Source: Callorhinchus milii (Eukaryota). From it: a DNA stretch of 64,000 bases. Location of the stretch: assembly GCF_018977255.1 (NCBI RefSeq), contig NW_024704742.1, positions 36,954,001-37,018,000 of the forward strand, given 5' to 3'. How positions within the stretch are numbered: the stretch's first letter is position 1; each line of letters begins with the position of its first letter. Positions 38,336 through 52,480 of the stretch are shown one piece after another. The position numbers were made by a program, and so were the translations under genes. Below the pieces are notes generated by a model that saw only the letters and a program-made list of their open reading frames with translations, was not told where the DNA came from and ran no database searches.

Positions 38336-39780
38336 AACAACAACAACAACAACAACAACAACAAGATTCCATTTATAGAGCGCCTTTCACGTCAGGAGGA
38401 CGTCCCAAGGCGCTGCACAGTTGGGTCATGACCCGAGCAGGGGGGAAATGGTCAGGGTGAGGGGAGGGAAGGGAGGGAGAGAGGAGGGGGGAAATGGTCA
38501 GGGTGAGGGGAGGGAAGGGAGGGAGCGAGGAGGAGGAAGAGAGTCGAGAGGGGAGCTGAAGGCACGGTCAAAGAGAAAGGTTTTGAGACCGGCCTTGAAG
38601 GAGGAAAGGGAGGAAGCAAGGCGAAGGCACTGGGGGATGGAGTTCCAGAGCCTCGGGGCTGAGAGGCTGAAGGCCCGACCACCGATAGTAGGGCGGTTGG
38701 GGCGGGGGACGTGGAGCAGACCGGAGCCAGAGGAACGGAGGGTACGGGCAGGTAGGTAGGGGGATAGTAGGTTGGAGAGGTAGGAGGGAGCGCGGCCGTG
38801 AATGGCCTTGTAGGTGAGGATGAGGATCTTGAAATCAATCCTCTGGGGGATGGGGAGCCAGTGGAGGCGAGCGAGGGTGGGAGTGATGTGGTCCCGAAGC
38901 CTGGTGCGGGACAGTACACGAGCTGCAGAGTTCTGAATGACCTGCAGCTTGTGGAGGGAGGTGCGGGAAGGCCGGCGAGGAGAGAGTTCCCATAGTCCAG
39001 CCTTGAGGTGACAAAGGCGTGAACCAGGGTTTCAGCAGCGTGAGGGGTGAGGTAATGCCGTAGTCTGGCGATATTCCGGAGGTGATGGAAGGCGGTGCCA
39101 GTTGTGGTGCGGATGTGAGGGAGAAAGGACAGCTCAGGGTCGAACAAAACGCCGAGGTTCCTGACTGGCTTTGAGAGGTGGAGAGTGCAGCCTTGGATGC
39201 TGATGGTGTCAGCGCCTGAGGTGCGGAGGCGCTGACGTGAGCCAATCAGGAGGGCCTCGGTTTTTCGCACGTTGAGCTGAAGAAAGTTGTCTCTCGTCCA
39301 GGACTCGATGTCGGACAGGCAGGCTGTCAGGACATCGGTGGTCGTGGAGTTGAGAGTAGAGGAGGAAAGGTAGAGTTGGGTGTCATCCGCATACATGTGG
39401 AAGTTAACCCCATGTTTGCGGATGATGTCACCGAGGGGGAGCATATAGAGGGTGAAGAGGAGGGGACCGAGGACAGAGCCCTGAGGGACACCACATGAGA
39501 CAGTACGGGGGGTGGAGGAGAAGCCATTCGTTGAGACGAAGTGAAGACGGTGGGAAAGGTAAGAGCTAAACCATTCAAGGACAGTGCCTTGAAGGTTGAG
39601 GTGGGAGGACAAGCGGTGGAGTAGGATAGCGTGGTCGACCGTATCGAATGCTGCCGATAGGTCGAGGAGGACGAGGAGACAGAGGGAGCCCTGGTCACAG
39701 ATAGTCAGGATATCATTGGTGACCTTGACCAGGGCAGTTTCTGTGCTATGAGCAGCACGGAAACCTGACTGAAGGGGTTC
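38336..39780 (-). mobile_element. 5'-truncated L2-clade LINE with RT domain, 3' UTR and (TTG)n tail
   Basis: [26 protein letters not shown] and YADDTQLY motifs; one frameshift near 38964; tail microsatellite 38336-38362. Confidence 0.93.
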
Positions 39781-40139
39781 AAAATTAAGAGCAGTAAGAT
39801 CTCAGAAAGTCATGGATCACGTAACAGATCAGGCAACAAGCCAGGAAGGTTAAGGGGATAATGAATAAAATTGGTTGTTTAAGCATGAATGTTAAAAGCA
39901 TTCATAACCTGTCTTTCATGGTTTAGTGCTGACGTACTCCATCAAGACCTTGTTGTTGTCTCATGCCTTTATCAGCTAAAATAGCAATGTAACAACAACA
40001 ATAACAAAAAAAATAATCCCAGGTGATTTGCAGGTAGATTGGTAGATTTTTGTTGTTCTCATTCAGTAATGTCAAGTTGTAAGATTTTTGCTAATTTCAA
40101 CATTGAGAATGATTACTCGGAACTCAGGTACTATGATCA

Positions 40140-40331
<192 letters not shown>

Positions 40332-42141
40332 TCATTTACATTGACTTTATAGTATTGTCCTCCAAATCAATTGGTCATTCACCGCATTGTGGTCTCTGGG
40401 ACCATCCTGCAATATGGCTTCCACGGTGGCCCATAATAACTGTCACAACACTAGACAATAATTGGCTGTGAAGCACTTTGAGATGATTTGATACAATAAG
40501 ATATTATAAAAAAAACAAGCTCTCTCTTTTGTTTGGCAATGAGCAAAACTCTAGAAAATAGAGTTGGAGAGATTACATTACATCTATATTTTGTCACATT
40601 CAAACACATTCTTACCATTTCAGAGCTGTCAAATTTTGAACAATTCTTAAACCCAACCTTAATCAATTGTAGATAAGATTAATAACTATAGAAAAACAGG
40701 CTCCAAATTAAAATTGAATTTAAGAATTCTCCAAAATTTGGACAGTCTGAAATGCTAAGAAAGTCTAAATCCAGACCAGATATAATTTCTCTCCATAATA
40801 GTGTAGCAATCATCTCCTAGCTGTCTGCAGTAAATCAAAATAGTTAGATATATGCATGAAGAGATGGGGAGAGAGGAGCAGCATATGTTTGAGACATCAA
40901 TCATACTGTCCAGGAGAATATCTCCAAACTATCCTCTTAAAGATGGACCAATGTTCTAGCTGCAAATAACACTAGTGCAAAACTACTGCTGATAGCTTCC
41001 ATTTCCATATTGTTTTATGGATATTGTGATCACCAAAGGACACAGATTAGGTCCTTGTGAAACTCTATTAGTCCCTGTTTCCAGTCAGAGCTTTTATCTT
41101 GTATCATGGATCTCCTGCTTTATGTTGCCAACCAATTCTCAATCCATCCTGTTGATCTATCATTAACCCCTGCACTGCTGCCTCTATGGGCCTGAATGGT
41201 TCTGTACATTTTCAGCTCACAGACCGTCACGGACAAATACAGTACTAATATTACACTAATGCAGCTCTTCAATTACTGGGGGCAAGGTGTCCTGTAATTG
41301 TACCTCTAATTCATTAAAATAAATGCAAAATCACAATTTAAATAAATATTAATATGAAATGGTTGTTTGTTCTTATCCGGTCACCACTCTTTTCCTTCCA
41401 TTCTCTCTTTTTCGTGTCATTCTTTATTTTTTCCCCTGTCCTATTTATTTTCTATCTATCTAATCTTTTATTACTACCTAATTTTAAATTGAAACATATT
41501 CCTTACCTTTATGCTTCTTGCTTCCAGTTTTCACTGTCCATTTTGGTAGATGGGAGTAATATTTTTAAGAAAAATAATTTGCACCATTTACCAATTCTAA
41601 TATTTAGCAAGAATGTACATTTGAGAAATAACATTGCTATAAACATTATCAGTATTACTAGCATTGGTTTAACTTCTACAGCATTCAGAAGCCAACCTGC
41701 TTCCCAGAGCTACAAGCTGCAATTCCACAATTGTCTGTCACTCAATTTCATGTGTCCTTGTTGGTTTTGTTAAGATCACCTCTCACGGTTGGGTGTTGAG
41801 TTTCTGGTGACTGTTACTCCAGCCCATCTTGTTATTCCAGCTCAGATTTATATTTATACCAAATAAGATCACCACCAGCAGCGGAGATAGCCTTATGCTG
41901 CAACTTTCTCAAACTTACCCATCACCCTCGAATGCTCTCCATTACTCTACAATGCCTCTAATTGCTTGGAGTGAGGCTCGTGCTCAAACTCTGCTTGTCC
42001 TGTCAGCAGCAAGGCGCGATTCCCTCACTCACATTGCTCCTGTATGTGATATATTCTAGCTTCAAATCAGACCTTTGGTTTTCAGTTTCTATTAGTGATA
42101 TCAGTGAAATGACTTGCCCAAATAATTAAAGCCAGTACTTA

Positions 42142-42378
<237 letters not shown>

Positions 42379-44134
42379 CTACGTTTAATGCTGACGGATG
42401 TGGCTAAGCAGAAATAAGGAAAAGCTCAGAGAGGGTATCTTTAAATGTATTCACTGCAGTTCAGTAAAACAGTACCAATACAGTACTAATTTCTTATATT
42501 TCTCTTCTTATTGACACTTATCAAGATTGTTATACTGTACAGCCCTTTCCTTTTTTAGATAAACACTTGGCTCCCCTAATTTAGATAACTTGCAGGTCAG
42601 TCGACTTTCCATTTTGAATGTTCAGTGAGAAATTACCATTTACTGTGACAAAATGTCCACAAGCATTTCATTATAGATGATAATGTTTTGTAACATTTTT
42701 CACTGAGGTTAAAACAGTCCTCTGCAGGAAAGAACTTTAGCATTGCTGGTGCTTTGAGACACTGGGACAACGTACAAATTGCTGTTGTTGCTGTCTCATT
42801 GCCGGGAAAAAGTGCCTCATGGTACAGTAAGCTGCACTTTCAGCAAGATTTCTATATACATCATGCCATCACTTCAGAGCTGAGGATGTGTGCGTGAGTC
42901 AGTATAGTCTACATGCTGGGGATGCAGTGTACATCATGAGACACCTTTCCAGGTAGCATGAGTAAACCTCCTGGTTTCTTGTAAAGGGCTTTTTCAACTC
43001 AAAGATGATATATCTTGCCTCCTTCAAGGCACATCTCTTCGACTAGGCCTTTGTCCACCCTCCTACCCTCCCTCCTCCCTGATCCCAACCCACCCTAGGT
43101 CCAAATCCCTGACTGTCCAGTGTCTTGGGACGTCCTCCCGCCTCTATACAAATGTTATTTTGCATTTGTGGTTTGGATCTTTTTCAGTTAGTTCCTGATG
43201 AATTATGCATCTCACGATTCAGAACTACAAGCTGCATTTGAAACTACATTCAGCAGTGTAGACAAGCCATGAAGAGTCTCCCATGTGACGGACAGTCTGT
43301 CAATGTGCTGAGGAGAAGTCAGTGTGAACAAAAACTTGGTGACGGCTCTGAAAAGCTGTCAAGGGATTACTGTTAACATTTTGTTATGCTTAGGTGACGT
43401 TCCTGTAAAAGATGCTTTGTCTCTTCAAATTACTAAAAGGTAACTTTGCTGTGGATTTGTCAGTTCATGTGGTGCATATATTATAGGAGCAAATCTTATA
43501 TCTATTTTATCAAAGATTGCCTGCATACGTGTGGTGTCATTTGTGGCAACCTAAAATTAAATACAGATATAGGGCTAAAACATTGAAGAACATTAGAATA
43601 AAAGTTTTCAAAATGATGAATGGTTCTGACAGAATCAAAAGAGAATGACTATTCCACTGATTGGCAATACGTGAAGGAAAATAATATTATAAAGAAAAGG
43701 GATAGAGGGGTTAACTCCAGTGAGGGAGCGAGCGTCAGTACAGACACAGTGGGACCAATGGGCTCCTTCTGTAATAAGAACGCTCAATGATTCCATGTTT
43801 CAATGGCCAGAGAATGATAAATAAAGTGAAGGAAATTATATTGTTGGAAAGCAAGCATTGGCAGCAGGTATCTTGTTTTCTAGACCCCGAGTGACATTTG
43901 GGGAGAATGTGAATGGAATACACAACAGATGCTGTCTTGAGTCTCTCCAGGGATATAGGCTACAGAAATGCAATTGTGCATAAAACATGGACCTAACTAT
44001 ATAAGAATAGTCCAGAAAGGAAACCTCCATTGAATGGTGTTCTGACAATTGGGACTTGTCTAACATTACAGTGGTAAACCAGTAACTTGTTTGTTCTGGC
44101 ATGGACTAGTTGGGCCTAATGACTTGTTCCAGTG

Positions 44135-44530
44135 CCACTCTACCAGTTCTTGCCAAGCTACACTGGCTCCCTATCGCCGAAGGGATTGATTTCAAGATCC
44201 TCACACTTATTTTGAAATCCCTTCATGGGCTGGCATTTCCCTATCTCTCAGACCTGCTTACTCCCCAACCCACTACCTACTGCCTCCACTTGACTGTGTC
44301 CAGCGTTCTTTGTACCCTTCATTGAGCCACTATGCCCTGAAACTCTGGAACGCTCTTCGTCTAACCCTCTGCCTTGCCTCTTCCCTCCCCATCTTCAGAT
44401 CGCACCTGAAGACCTTCCCCTTCGATCGTGCCTATTGTCATCTCCCCATTCCCCTTGGCTCGGATCATGCTCTGACTCTCTGGGAAGCTACCCTCCGTGA
44501 GGGGCGCTATATAAATGCAAGTTTTGTTGC
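44135..44530 (+). mobile_element. Degenerate L2 3' fragment
   Basis: LAKLHWLPI..IDFKILTL..KSLHGLA.PYLSDLL; tail ggcgctatataaatgcaag. Confidence 0.8.
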
Positions 44531-46752
44531 TTTATCATTCTACAAGACACATTGGATGTGTTCAATGCACAAACCCTGAGATGGGTTTTAAATTCAATAA
44601 TAATACTTTATGATACAAAGAAATACATAATTCAAACCTTTGGTGAGGAAAAAGTCATCCTAGCTTACAAGATACATTTTTGATAACTGAGGACACTTCC
44701 ACCCTTATTAGGTTTCACTAAAAAGTTTTTGGCAAAATTTCAAATATAAGAAATGATAACAACAACAGCGCCGGTTGCTAATCACTGGTTCACTCGAGGT
44801 CTCTACGAGCTTGCTCTTGTGGAGCATTATTTCCACTTTCATTCATGCCACATTCATGCCAAAATATATTGACATACATGATCTTAATTGAGAACACTGA
44901 AGCTTGGACCTTCTCCCTCTTCAAGAGAAGAAAAAGGATTGCAAATATGCTTCAGTAAGGATGGTGCCCCTTTAGCAAATAGGCTGCATGGGAAAATGCA
45001 AATGTAAATGGTGTCTTGTTCCCCCCCCCCCCAAAAGTGCCTCTGGACATAACGGTGCATTGTCGGCAAAGAGGATTGTTTTCTAACATTAATCAATAAC
45101 CCACCCACATTGTTTTTGTGTCCACAATCTGGACATATCTGCCGCTATCTTATTCCATTCAACTTTCCATTGAAAACTTCAAATTATTCATTTTTCACCC
45201 TAGCATTATTGCAAGCCAAACTTTTGAGCCAACTGACATCCAACAACTTGATTTATCTGCAGCTCACTTAGTTGAATTCAGTTAATGTTTCCTGGTGGAA
45301 TTGTCTGTAGCCTCATGAGCATAAAAGCCTTGCTTGCTATCTACTAGTTTGAGGCACTATGCATTTATTAGTGCATGCCATATATACTGGATCAACAAAA
45401 TAGATTAGATGAGGAGGCAGCAAAAATGTCACTTACACCAGCAGAGCAAGGAAACAGTTTGACAGAATATAGTACAGTGAATGCTAGAGAGAGTTTGATA
45501 ACTGTTGAACAGCAGCATTATAATATTTTGATACACATTATCATCAGCATTTTGAAGGATGTGAGCATAGTAGCTGACACAGTGAGAATCAGTAACTGGA
45601 TCAAGGAGTAAATTGGCTAAGAATTTCCTTGTCTATTTTCAATAAAGAATTCAACAAACTTCTCAGTTGCAAAATATTGACACACACACTTGGGACCCTT
45701 ATTGTGTATCAAGGAAAGAAAGCTTACACATGTTTTCTCTGAGCTGCACCTGAGCTGGAATTTGCGCCATTGTTTAAAACTAAAGAAATCCTTATACCAC
45801 GAAAGTCAAAAGTTAATGTTCTTTATATTTCTACAGCTTATTTGTAATAACAAAGCTTTTTGCCACCTTTGACAATTTGATCTTCAGATGAAATGTTTGA
45901 TGTGGAGAGCATACTTTTGAATTTAAAAAAATGTCTTTGAAGAAATCAGTACGGATTTGTAAAGGATTTCATTGAGTTGACATGTTCAATTCGATTGATG
46001 TTACCATGCCAACATTCTATACTTTGATACCTCCACCTCTTTGGGATGATATAGCCCCTTTGAATCACATCATTCTTTGATCAAATCAATGTATTGGAGC
46101 CTTGCTCGCTGCTTTGGTCCAGAAAGGTTAATGCTGCCCCCAACAAATTGTGCTTTGCACAGATGCTCCCTGCTTTCCACTGAGAGTGATGAGGTAAACA
46201 TTTGACTGAACGTGCCTTGGGATGTCCTCCCAACGTGAAAGATGCTTTAATTTGTAATTTTGTGGTTGTTACTGAAGGCGACAGGAATAACTCAGCCTGT
46301 GCTATGATGCCTACATCCCAAGTCATCGATGATTCAGAAAATTAAATTATTTTTGGTTGAATGTGACAAAATTCAAATACCGAGGTCTATCATATCCATT
46401 ACAGTCTGAGACAGGTATATGTGTGTTTGGATATAACGTAGGAACAAGGTGGACCTGAGGTGCAATGCACTTTTTGCTTTCACTGCTGATTGACCAGCTT
46501 CCTGTGCACTGTGCCCAGGTATAGAGATCCCACAGTGATTCCAGAAACTATTGAAAATGTTCAAGAGAGCTGTCACTGCTGAGTGGCATGCTCTCCATGC
46601 ACGGCTCACCTAAACAGAAACTCCGACAACCCCAAGGGTGCTGGCGAGAGGCCGGAGTGTACTGTGCTCTGTTATATTGTGGGTTGTGACTTTATGGATG
46701 CTGCACGTCATGTTATAAAAGGAGTCAGGCTGTAAAGGTTCCAAATAAAAAG

Positions 46753-46925
46753 ATAATAATAATAATCCTTGCATTTGATATAGCGCTTTTCACGTCGGGA
46801 GGACGTCCCAAAGCGCTTCACAGAACACACTGTAAAGTGAATTGACTGTATATTTGTGGGCGAACGCGGCAGCCAATTGCGCACAGCAATGTCCCACAAT
46901 TGTAGATTGAAAATGACCAATTTAT
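46753..46925 (-). mobile_element. SINE 3' half, young
   Basis: nearly identical to 22805-22985; about 135 nt from the downstream mutually exclusive exon. Confidence 0.85.
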
Positions 46926-46977
46926 AAATTATTTATAGATAAACATAATGCCACTAGAATTCACCGAATTCAATTCA

Positions 46978-47220
<243 letters not shown>

Positions 47221-48538
47221 TCAACAAAAATATTCACAACTTAGTTTTAAAATAAAAATCATTCAAAAGATTTCTACAGAATGCTCAGAAAAAAGAAAAT
47301 AAAAGAACATCATTGCAGCAACAGAAATAAAGTGAAATGATGTTTCCTCACCAGAAGCTCAAATTAAACCAATTTGCATGGTCAGTGTTTTCTATAAGTA
47401 CATTTGGTATTTAAAAATTGATCTATTTCAGGACAATTCTAAATTCAGCTTAACTGTAGCATTCCTGGTTGACCTACGAGGAAAAAGAAAGTTCTTCATC
47501 AATGGACCAAATAGGCGCTGGTGAGGAGATGGTATAAAATATAATTAGGCAGCTGGCAAACTGTGAGTGAAAGAGCGCTCTAACACAACAGTACCCTGTC
47601 AATCAGTTTGTAGGACTAAATCATCAAAGCTCAGCAAATAAATCAGAATTTTTTTCAGCTAATATAACAGCTGCTGTGAAAACCAGAGTTTTCTTTTCAG
47701 CCACTTCTCTCTCTCTGTTTCACAACCCATCTCTTTCTCTTGCCTCTCCCTAAACGCCTTCCCTTTCCCACATCTCTCTCCCTGCTAAAGCTTTCATTCA
47801 GTCTTTGTAATGAGGTTTGAGATATTCTGCCAACATGAAAAGCGCTGTATAAGTGCAAATTATTGTTGTTATACCTTCTGTCAATTTTGTACTAGTTGCT
47901 ATTGCAATCCTCTACCAATATTCAATTAAACCACATTTCCAGTTAATACAGTGCAACTCTGGAGTGCTGGCCTGGATATGTAAACAATCTAATACCTGTA
48001 CACTATTTTATCAACTGCAGTATTATTAGTTTTCACACCGACTTTTACACTTTCTACTTAATGGGATGTTGATGTTAGTAATTTCTTCCTTTCATGCCAG
48101 AAATTCCAGCTTGTAAAGAAATAGACAGACCAACTGAAAAAAGTTTATACAGATTAGATATTGGATCACAATGTTTCAAAAAGGTGGTCACTCCAGGCAG
48201 AAGAATTTGTATGAACACTATGCTTTTGAATTTCTTCAAGCAGCCTTATTTACAGTGATTATTATCATGAGCATACACTGTTCTCTCATTTTTAATGGCT
48301 GCGAACAGTTCCCATTACTAAGGTATGCAAAATCACTAAAGCTTTTTCAAACAGAATGCTACCACCATTTTGGCTGATTTTTCTTTAACTTGAATGTGCA
48401 ATATATTTATGTTAAATCCTGCACGCCAGCCTTTCAAAACTATAGGAAGCTTTTGTAATTTCATGTACACTACTGTATTAAAAGACGAGACCAATAAGGT
48501 CAAAGAGATACAGCCAACTGCTGTACATGACAATAAAA

Positions 48539-48583
48539 CATGTGTTGTTTTATTAACATGACACGTTAATAAAACAACACATG
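48539..48583. repeat. Perfect 19-bp inverted repeat, 7-nt loop
   Basis: catgtgttgttttattaac-atgacac-gttaataaaacaacacatg. Confidence 0.9.
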
Positions 48584-50782
48584 CCATTGTTTTGCGCAAC
48601 CTCAACTACAACTGCTTCAACCATCAAATTCTTACCAGCTACCATATGGAAGTGCTTCAGGATGCTATCCTACAAGACTTACATGAAGGATGTTATATAT
48701 CTGCAAGTTCTGGTTATTTCATTTCAGCTTCTTGATCTTCATCACAAGACAATGGGGTCTAAAATACATCGATTTCTAAAGGAATTCCTAAATAAAAATT
48801 CCTACTTGCAAATAGCGAATCCTTCACCATCTATATCCTGCAGGTTGGAGAGATCTCAGGTTCTGGAAGGAGTCCCCAGTTGTGACTTTGTTATCCTTAA
48901 TAAGGAATCCTCTTTTTGCAGCTGCATAATTGAGATCTCATTGCTATTTATAATCTTCAGTATTTCATTTTCAGTGAATAAATGCCAGAATTTTCACCCT
49001 GAAAATCCATAGAAAACAAGAATGTTGTCTGCCCTGACAAAGACAGTGACATACTGCATACCTTTCATCTCTGTCACAAGCAAACTTTGAGCTCTGTGGT
49101 GATGGCTACTCTAAACTCTCCACATTAACTCTAACTCACAATCACAATACGAGCAAGTTAAATGATTTGTTGCAATACATATCCTCCCATTGTGAAAGGT
49201 ATTGTACCAAAGGCAAGGATTATTGTTATTATGCTATCCCTACACTTTCCAGCAGTGAGTCATAAGATGATAATCAAAAGTAGGAGTCTTAATTTCAAAG
49301 CAATAGCCATTACAATCCTCAAACAGTTGACCGTATATGGGGGGGAATCAGGAATCAAGGCATTAATACAGATCCAAATTTCTTCATTCTAGTGCTGCAC
49401 AGCATAGCATTGCTTGAGAGTTTCATTTGACAGAGGTAATGTGAGGCTAGAAATGTGATGAATCTTTTAAGAAGAATTCAATTTAAAAATAAATTGGAAT
49501 TCAATATTAGATTTTCGTTTGAGATGACTGGGATGATTCTTAGGCATGGAAGATTAGCCAGATGGTAAAAGGTCATTTATAGTAATAAAAGAAAATTTCC
49601 TTTACTGTCAAAAGACATATTTGAAATAGCACTACATTTCCAGACACCTTTCCCCTCCCACACCCTCAGCTCTCACCCCCAGCTCGGGTGCCCACCCAGC
49701 ATTGCCAATGCTTTGAGAAGCCTTCCACATGTGAAAGGTGCTATATAAATGTATACTGTATATGTTAAAAAAAAGTTGAATAGACTTGTTCAAAATTACA
49801 GATATACAAACAACAAACAAAAATTACATTTGTATAGCGCCTTTCATGTCAGGAGGACGTCCCAATATATCTTATTAATGAGCAAATATTGTCTGAAGAA
49901 TCTTGTGACTGTATTGCTCAAGTGGTAATTTTTATGTCTGAATTATGGATAGTATTCACAGGTGGAGCATACAAATTTCCTCTGTCAACCAACCCCCAGT
50001 AATTATACTCTCCTTGACTGGCTGCAGTTGCCCTCTGCTGTTCAAAAAGCATGTTCAATAATTAGCTTTGTATGGCTGATTGTTCAAAGCACACAAGAAA
50101 AACTTTTAAAAAGAGATTTTTATATTGATTTGTGCACCTCTGACATACGTTCAGGATAAAATAATTCTGTAATAATAATTCTGTAAATAATTCTGACATT
50201 AAATTGCAAGGCTTACAGTTCAGTGAGCCAGTCAGTACAAAAGAACAATTCTTCTCACACTCTTGTGGTTGCTCTTAATGAGTCTGGTAGTCACCACGTA
50301 CATGTCAAAGAGTTGTTACATGACTATATATTTGTGGTACCTGTGCAGAAAGAGCAATGGGGAACCTGGAGCAAAGTATTGCTCAAAGCTGCAAGCAATC
50401 ATCTCACATTCACATCAATCAACCCAAAACTCTGGTCTTGTTTGCATCAAATTCTAGGACACCGATCTTTATCTTATTGTTTTGAGTCAGGAAAGTTTAC
50501 AAGCAGATATCAACAGCTCATGAAACTGTTAAAAAAATGCAGCACAGATCAAATGGGTTCAGACTAAAGCTAAGGGTAGAGCACTACAAGACACATAAAC
50601 CTGTGTGCAAGATGCTATATAAAGTTGTTTTTACTGTTGAAATCACCTGGCAGGATAATAGCTTTATTAAGATGATGATATTTCTGCCACTTTTATTAAT
50701 GCTTATCAATTGATCATACCTACACAATAAAGTGTAAAAGGTAAGCTAAGAAAGCCTGATAAGTCCAAGTTGCAATCAAACA

Positions 50783-51310
50783 GTGGAATCCTCTAGCTCA
50801 GTAGATAGAGCACTCGCCTCGCAAGCAAGAGACCTGGGTTCAATTCCCAGCAGGGCGAAACGTTGGGCAAATTTCCTCACTCCACACGCCTAATAATAAT
50901 CCCTCCAAAACCAAAAACAATAATAAATTGGTCATTTTCAATTTATGACTGTTTGTGAGACATTGCTGTGCGCAATTGGCTGCCGCGTTCGCCCACAAAT
51001 ATACAATCAATTCTCTTTACAGTGTGTTCTGTGAAGCGCTTTGGGACGTCCTCCTGACATGAAAAGTGCTATATCAAATGCAAGGATTATTATTATTGGC
51101 AGATTGCTTTTCTGGAGGTAATAATTCCTTAAAAAAATGATAAGAAATTGGTCACTTAAACACAAAAAACAGTGTTTGTACGACACTGCTGTGCACACTT
51201 GGCTGCCACGTTTTGCCCACAAAATATACAGTCATTTCACTTTACAGTGAAGCGTTTTGAGATGTCTCAAAGACAAGGTGCTATATCAAATGCAAGGATT
51301 ATTGTTATTA
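50783..51310 (+). mobile_element. Full short-subfamily SINE (50783-51096) followed by 3' part of a long-subfamily copy
   Basis: head tagctcagtagatagagcactcgcctcgcaag...gggttcaattcc; two successive tails. Confidence 0.87.
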
Positions 51311-51544
51311 TGAAACATCGGACTTCAAAGTGTGCTTATCGTGAACTATGGCTGCAATTCTGAAATGTCAGCTCATGCAGGAGATCCCAGTCCAAACATA
51401 ATCCAGTGAAACTACATAATATCATAGTACACATGACATGAGGTATTTTGTTTTGAAATCTAGGCTTCGGAGAAATGTCCTAATCATTATCTCTATGTAA
51501 CACTGTGTTGCACAAGAAACTAGCGAGGTTGTGATGACTGGGTG

Positions 51545-51970
51545 CAAGCCTGGCTCAGTGGCAGCATTCGTGCCTCTGAGTCAGAAGATTATGGGTTGAA
51601 GCCCCACACTGGGACTTGGTATCACCGATGCTCCAGTGCAGTGCTGGGGGAGGGGTTGGATTGTCAGAGGTGCCATCCTACGGATGAGACATTAAAACGA
51701 GTGCCTGTTCAGGTGGACGTTAATGATCCCATGGCACTATTCGATAAAGAGAAGGGAGTTTCTCCCAGTGTCCTGGCCAACAATCCCCCAAATAAAATTG
51801 ATCACTCACTCCATGGCTGTTTGTGGGTTATTGTGGTATGCAATTGGCTGCCAAGGTTTGCCCACAAAATAGTTAGTTAATCCACTTTACAGCATGTCCC
51901 TTGAAGTGCTTTGAGACATCTTGACAACGTGATACAACATTATATCAAATGCAAGGAATATTTATTATTA
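51545..51970 (+). mobile_element. Deu-domain-type SINE (AmnSINE/SacSINE-like), near full length
   Basis: gtggacgttaatgatcccatggcactattcga...gggagtttctcccagtgtcctggccaac core recalled from DeuSINEs; different head from the Ala-tRNA SINE but same tail. Confidence 0.72.
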
Positions 51971-52199
51971 TTAACTATTCAAATTCAACTGGTGTCCTGT
52001 TAACCAGCACCAGCAAATGTTACAATCTGTGGGCCTGCAACGGTGTCCACAGGCGACTTTGGATTCAACCATTTTGGCAAAGTCATTGGCGGGGATTAAA
52101 CCTACGGCCCCTCCACAAGTATCAACTAGTCTCAAACACATGTATCATTGATGTGCTAATGCTCGTAAGCCACTCCTCTGCCCACCCCCTTCACTCAGG

Positions 52200-52480
52200 T
52201 AACACAGAAGTGCTGCCCATCCCCCAACCCCTCCACATCACTAACAGCAGCCATGCCTTCTGCCACCATGTCTCTAATCTCTGGAAATTCCTGCCTCAAT
52301 CCCTCCAACTCGCCCTGTATTAATCTAATTTTAAATCCCACTTGAAGACCTACCTCTTTGACCACACCTATGGTCACCTCCTACGCCCTCTTCTCCCTTC
52401 CTTGGCATCCAATCCGAACACCAAACAGCACTCTGAGACATTATCCCCATGAAAAGCACTATATAAATGCAAGTTGTTTT
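52200..52480 (+). mobile_element. L2 3' fragment
   Basis: AFCH..NLWKFLPQSL-like sequence and L2 tail. Confidence 0.6.

Noticed and set aside
40625..40746. About 27-bp imperfect inverted repeat with a similar copy near 37955-37980
   Set aside because: Short, AT-rich and degenerate; probably an old repeat remnant, too weak to classify.
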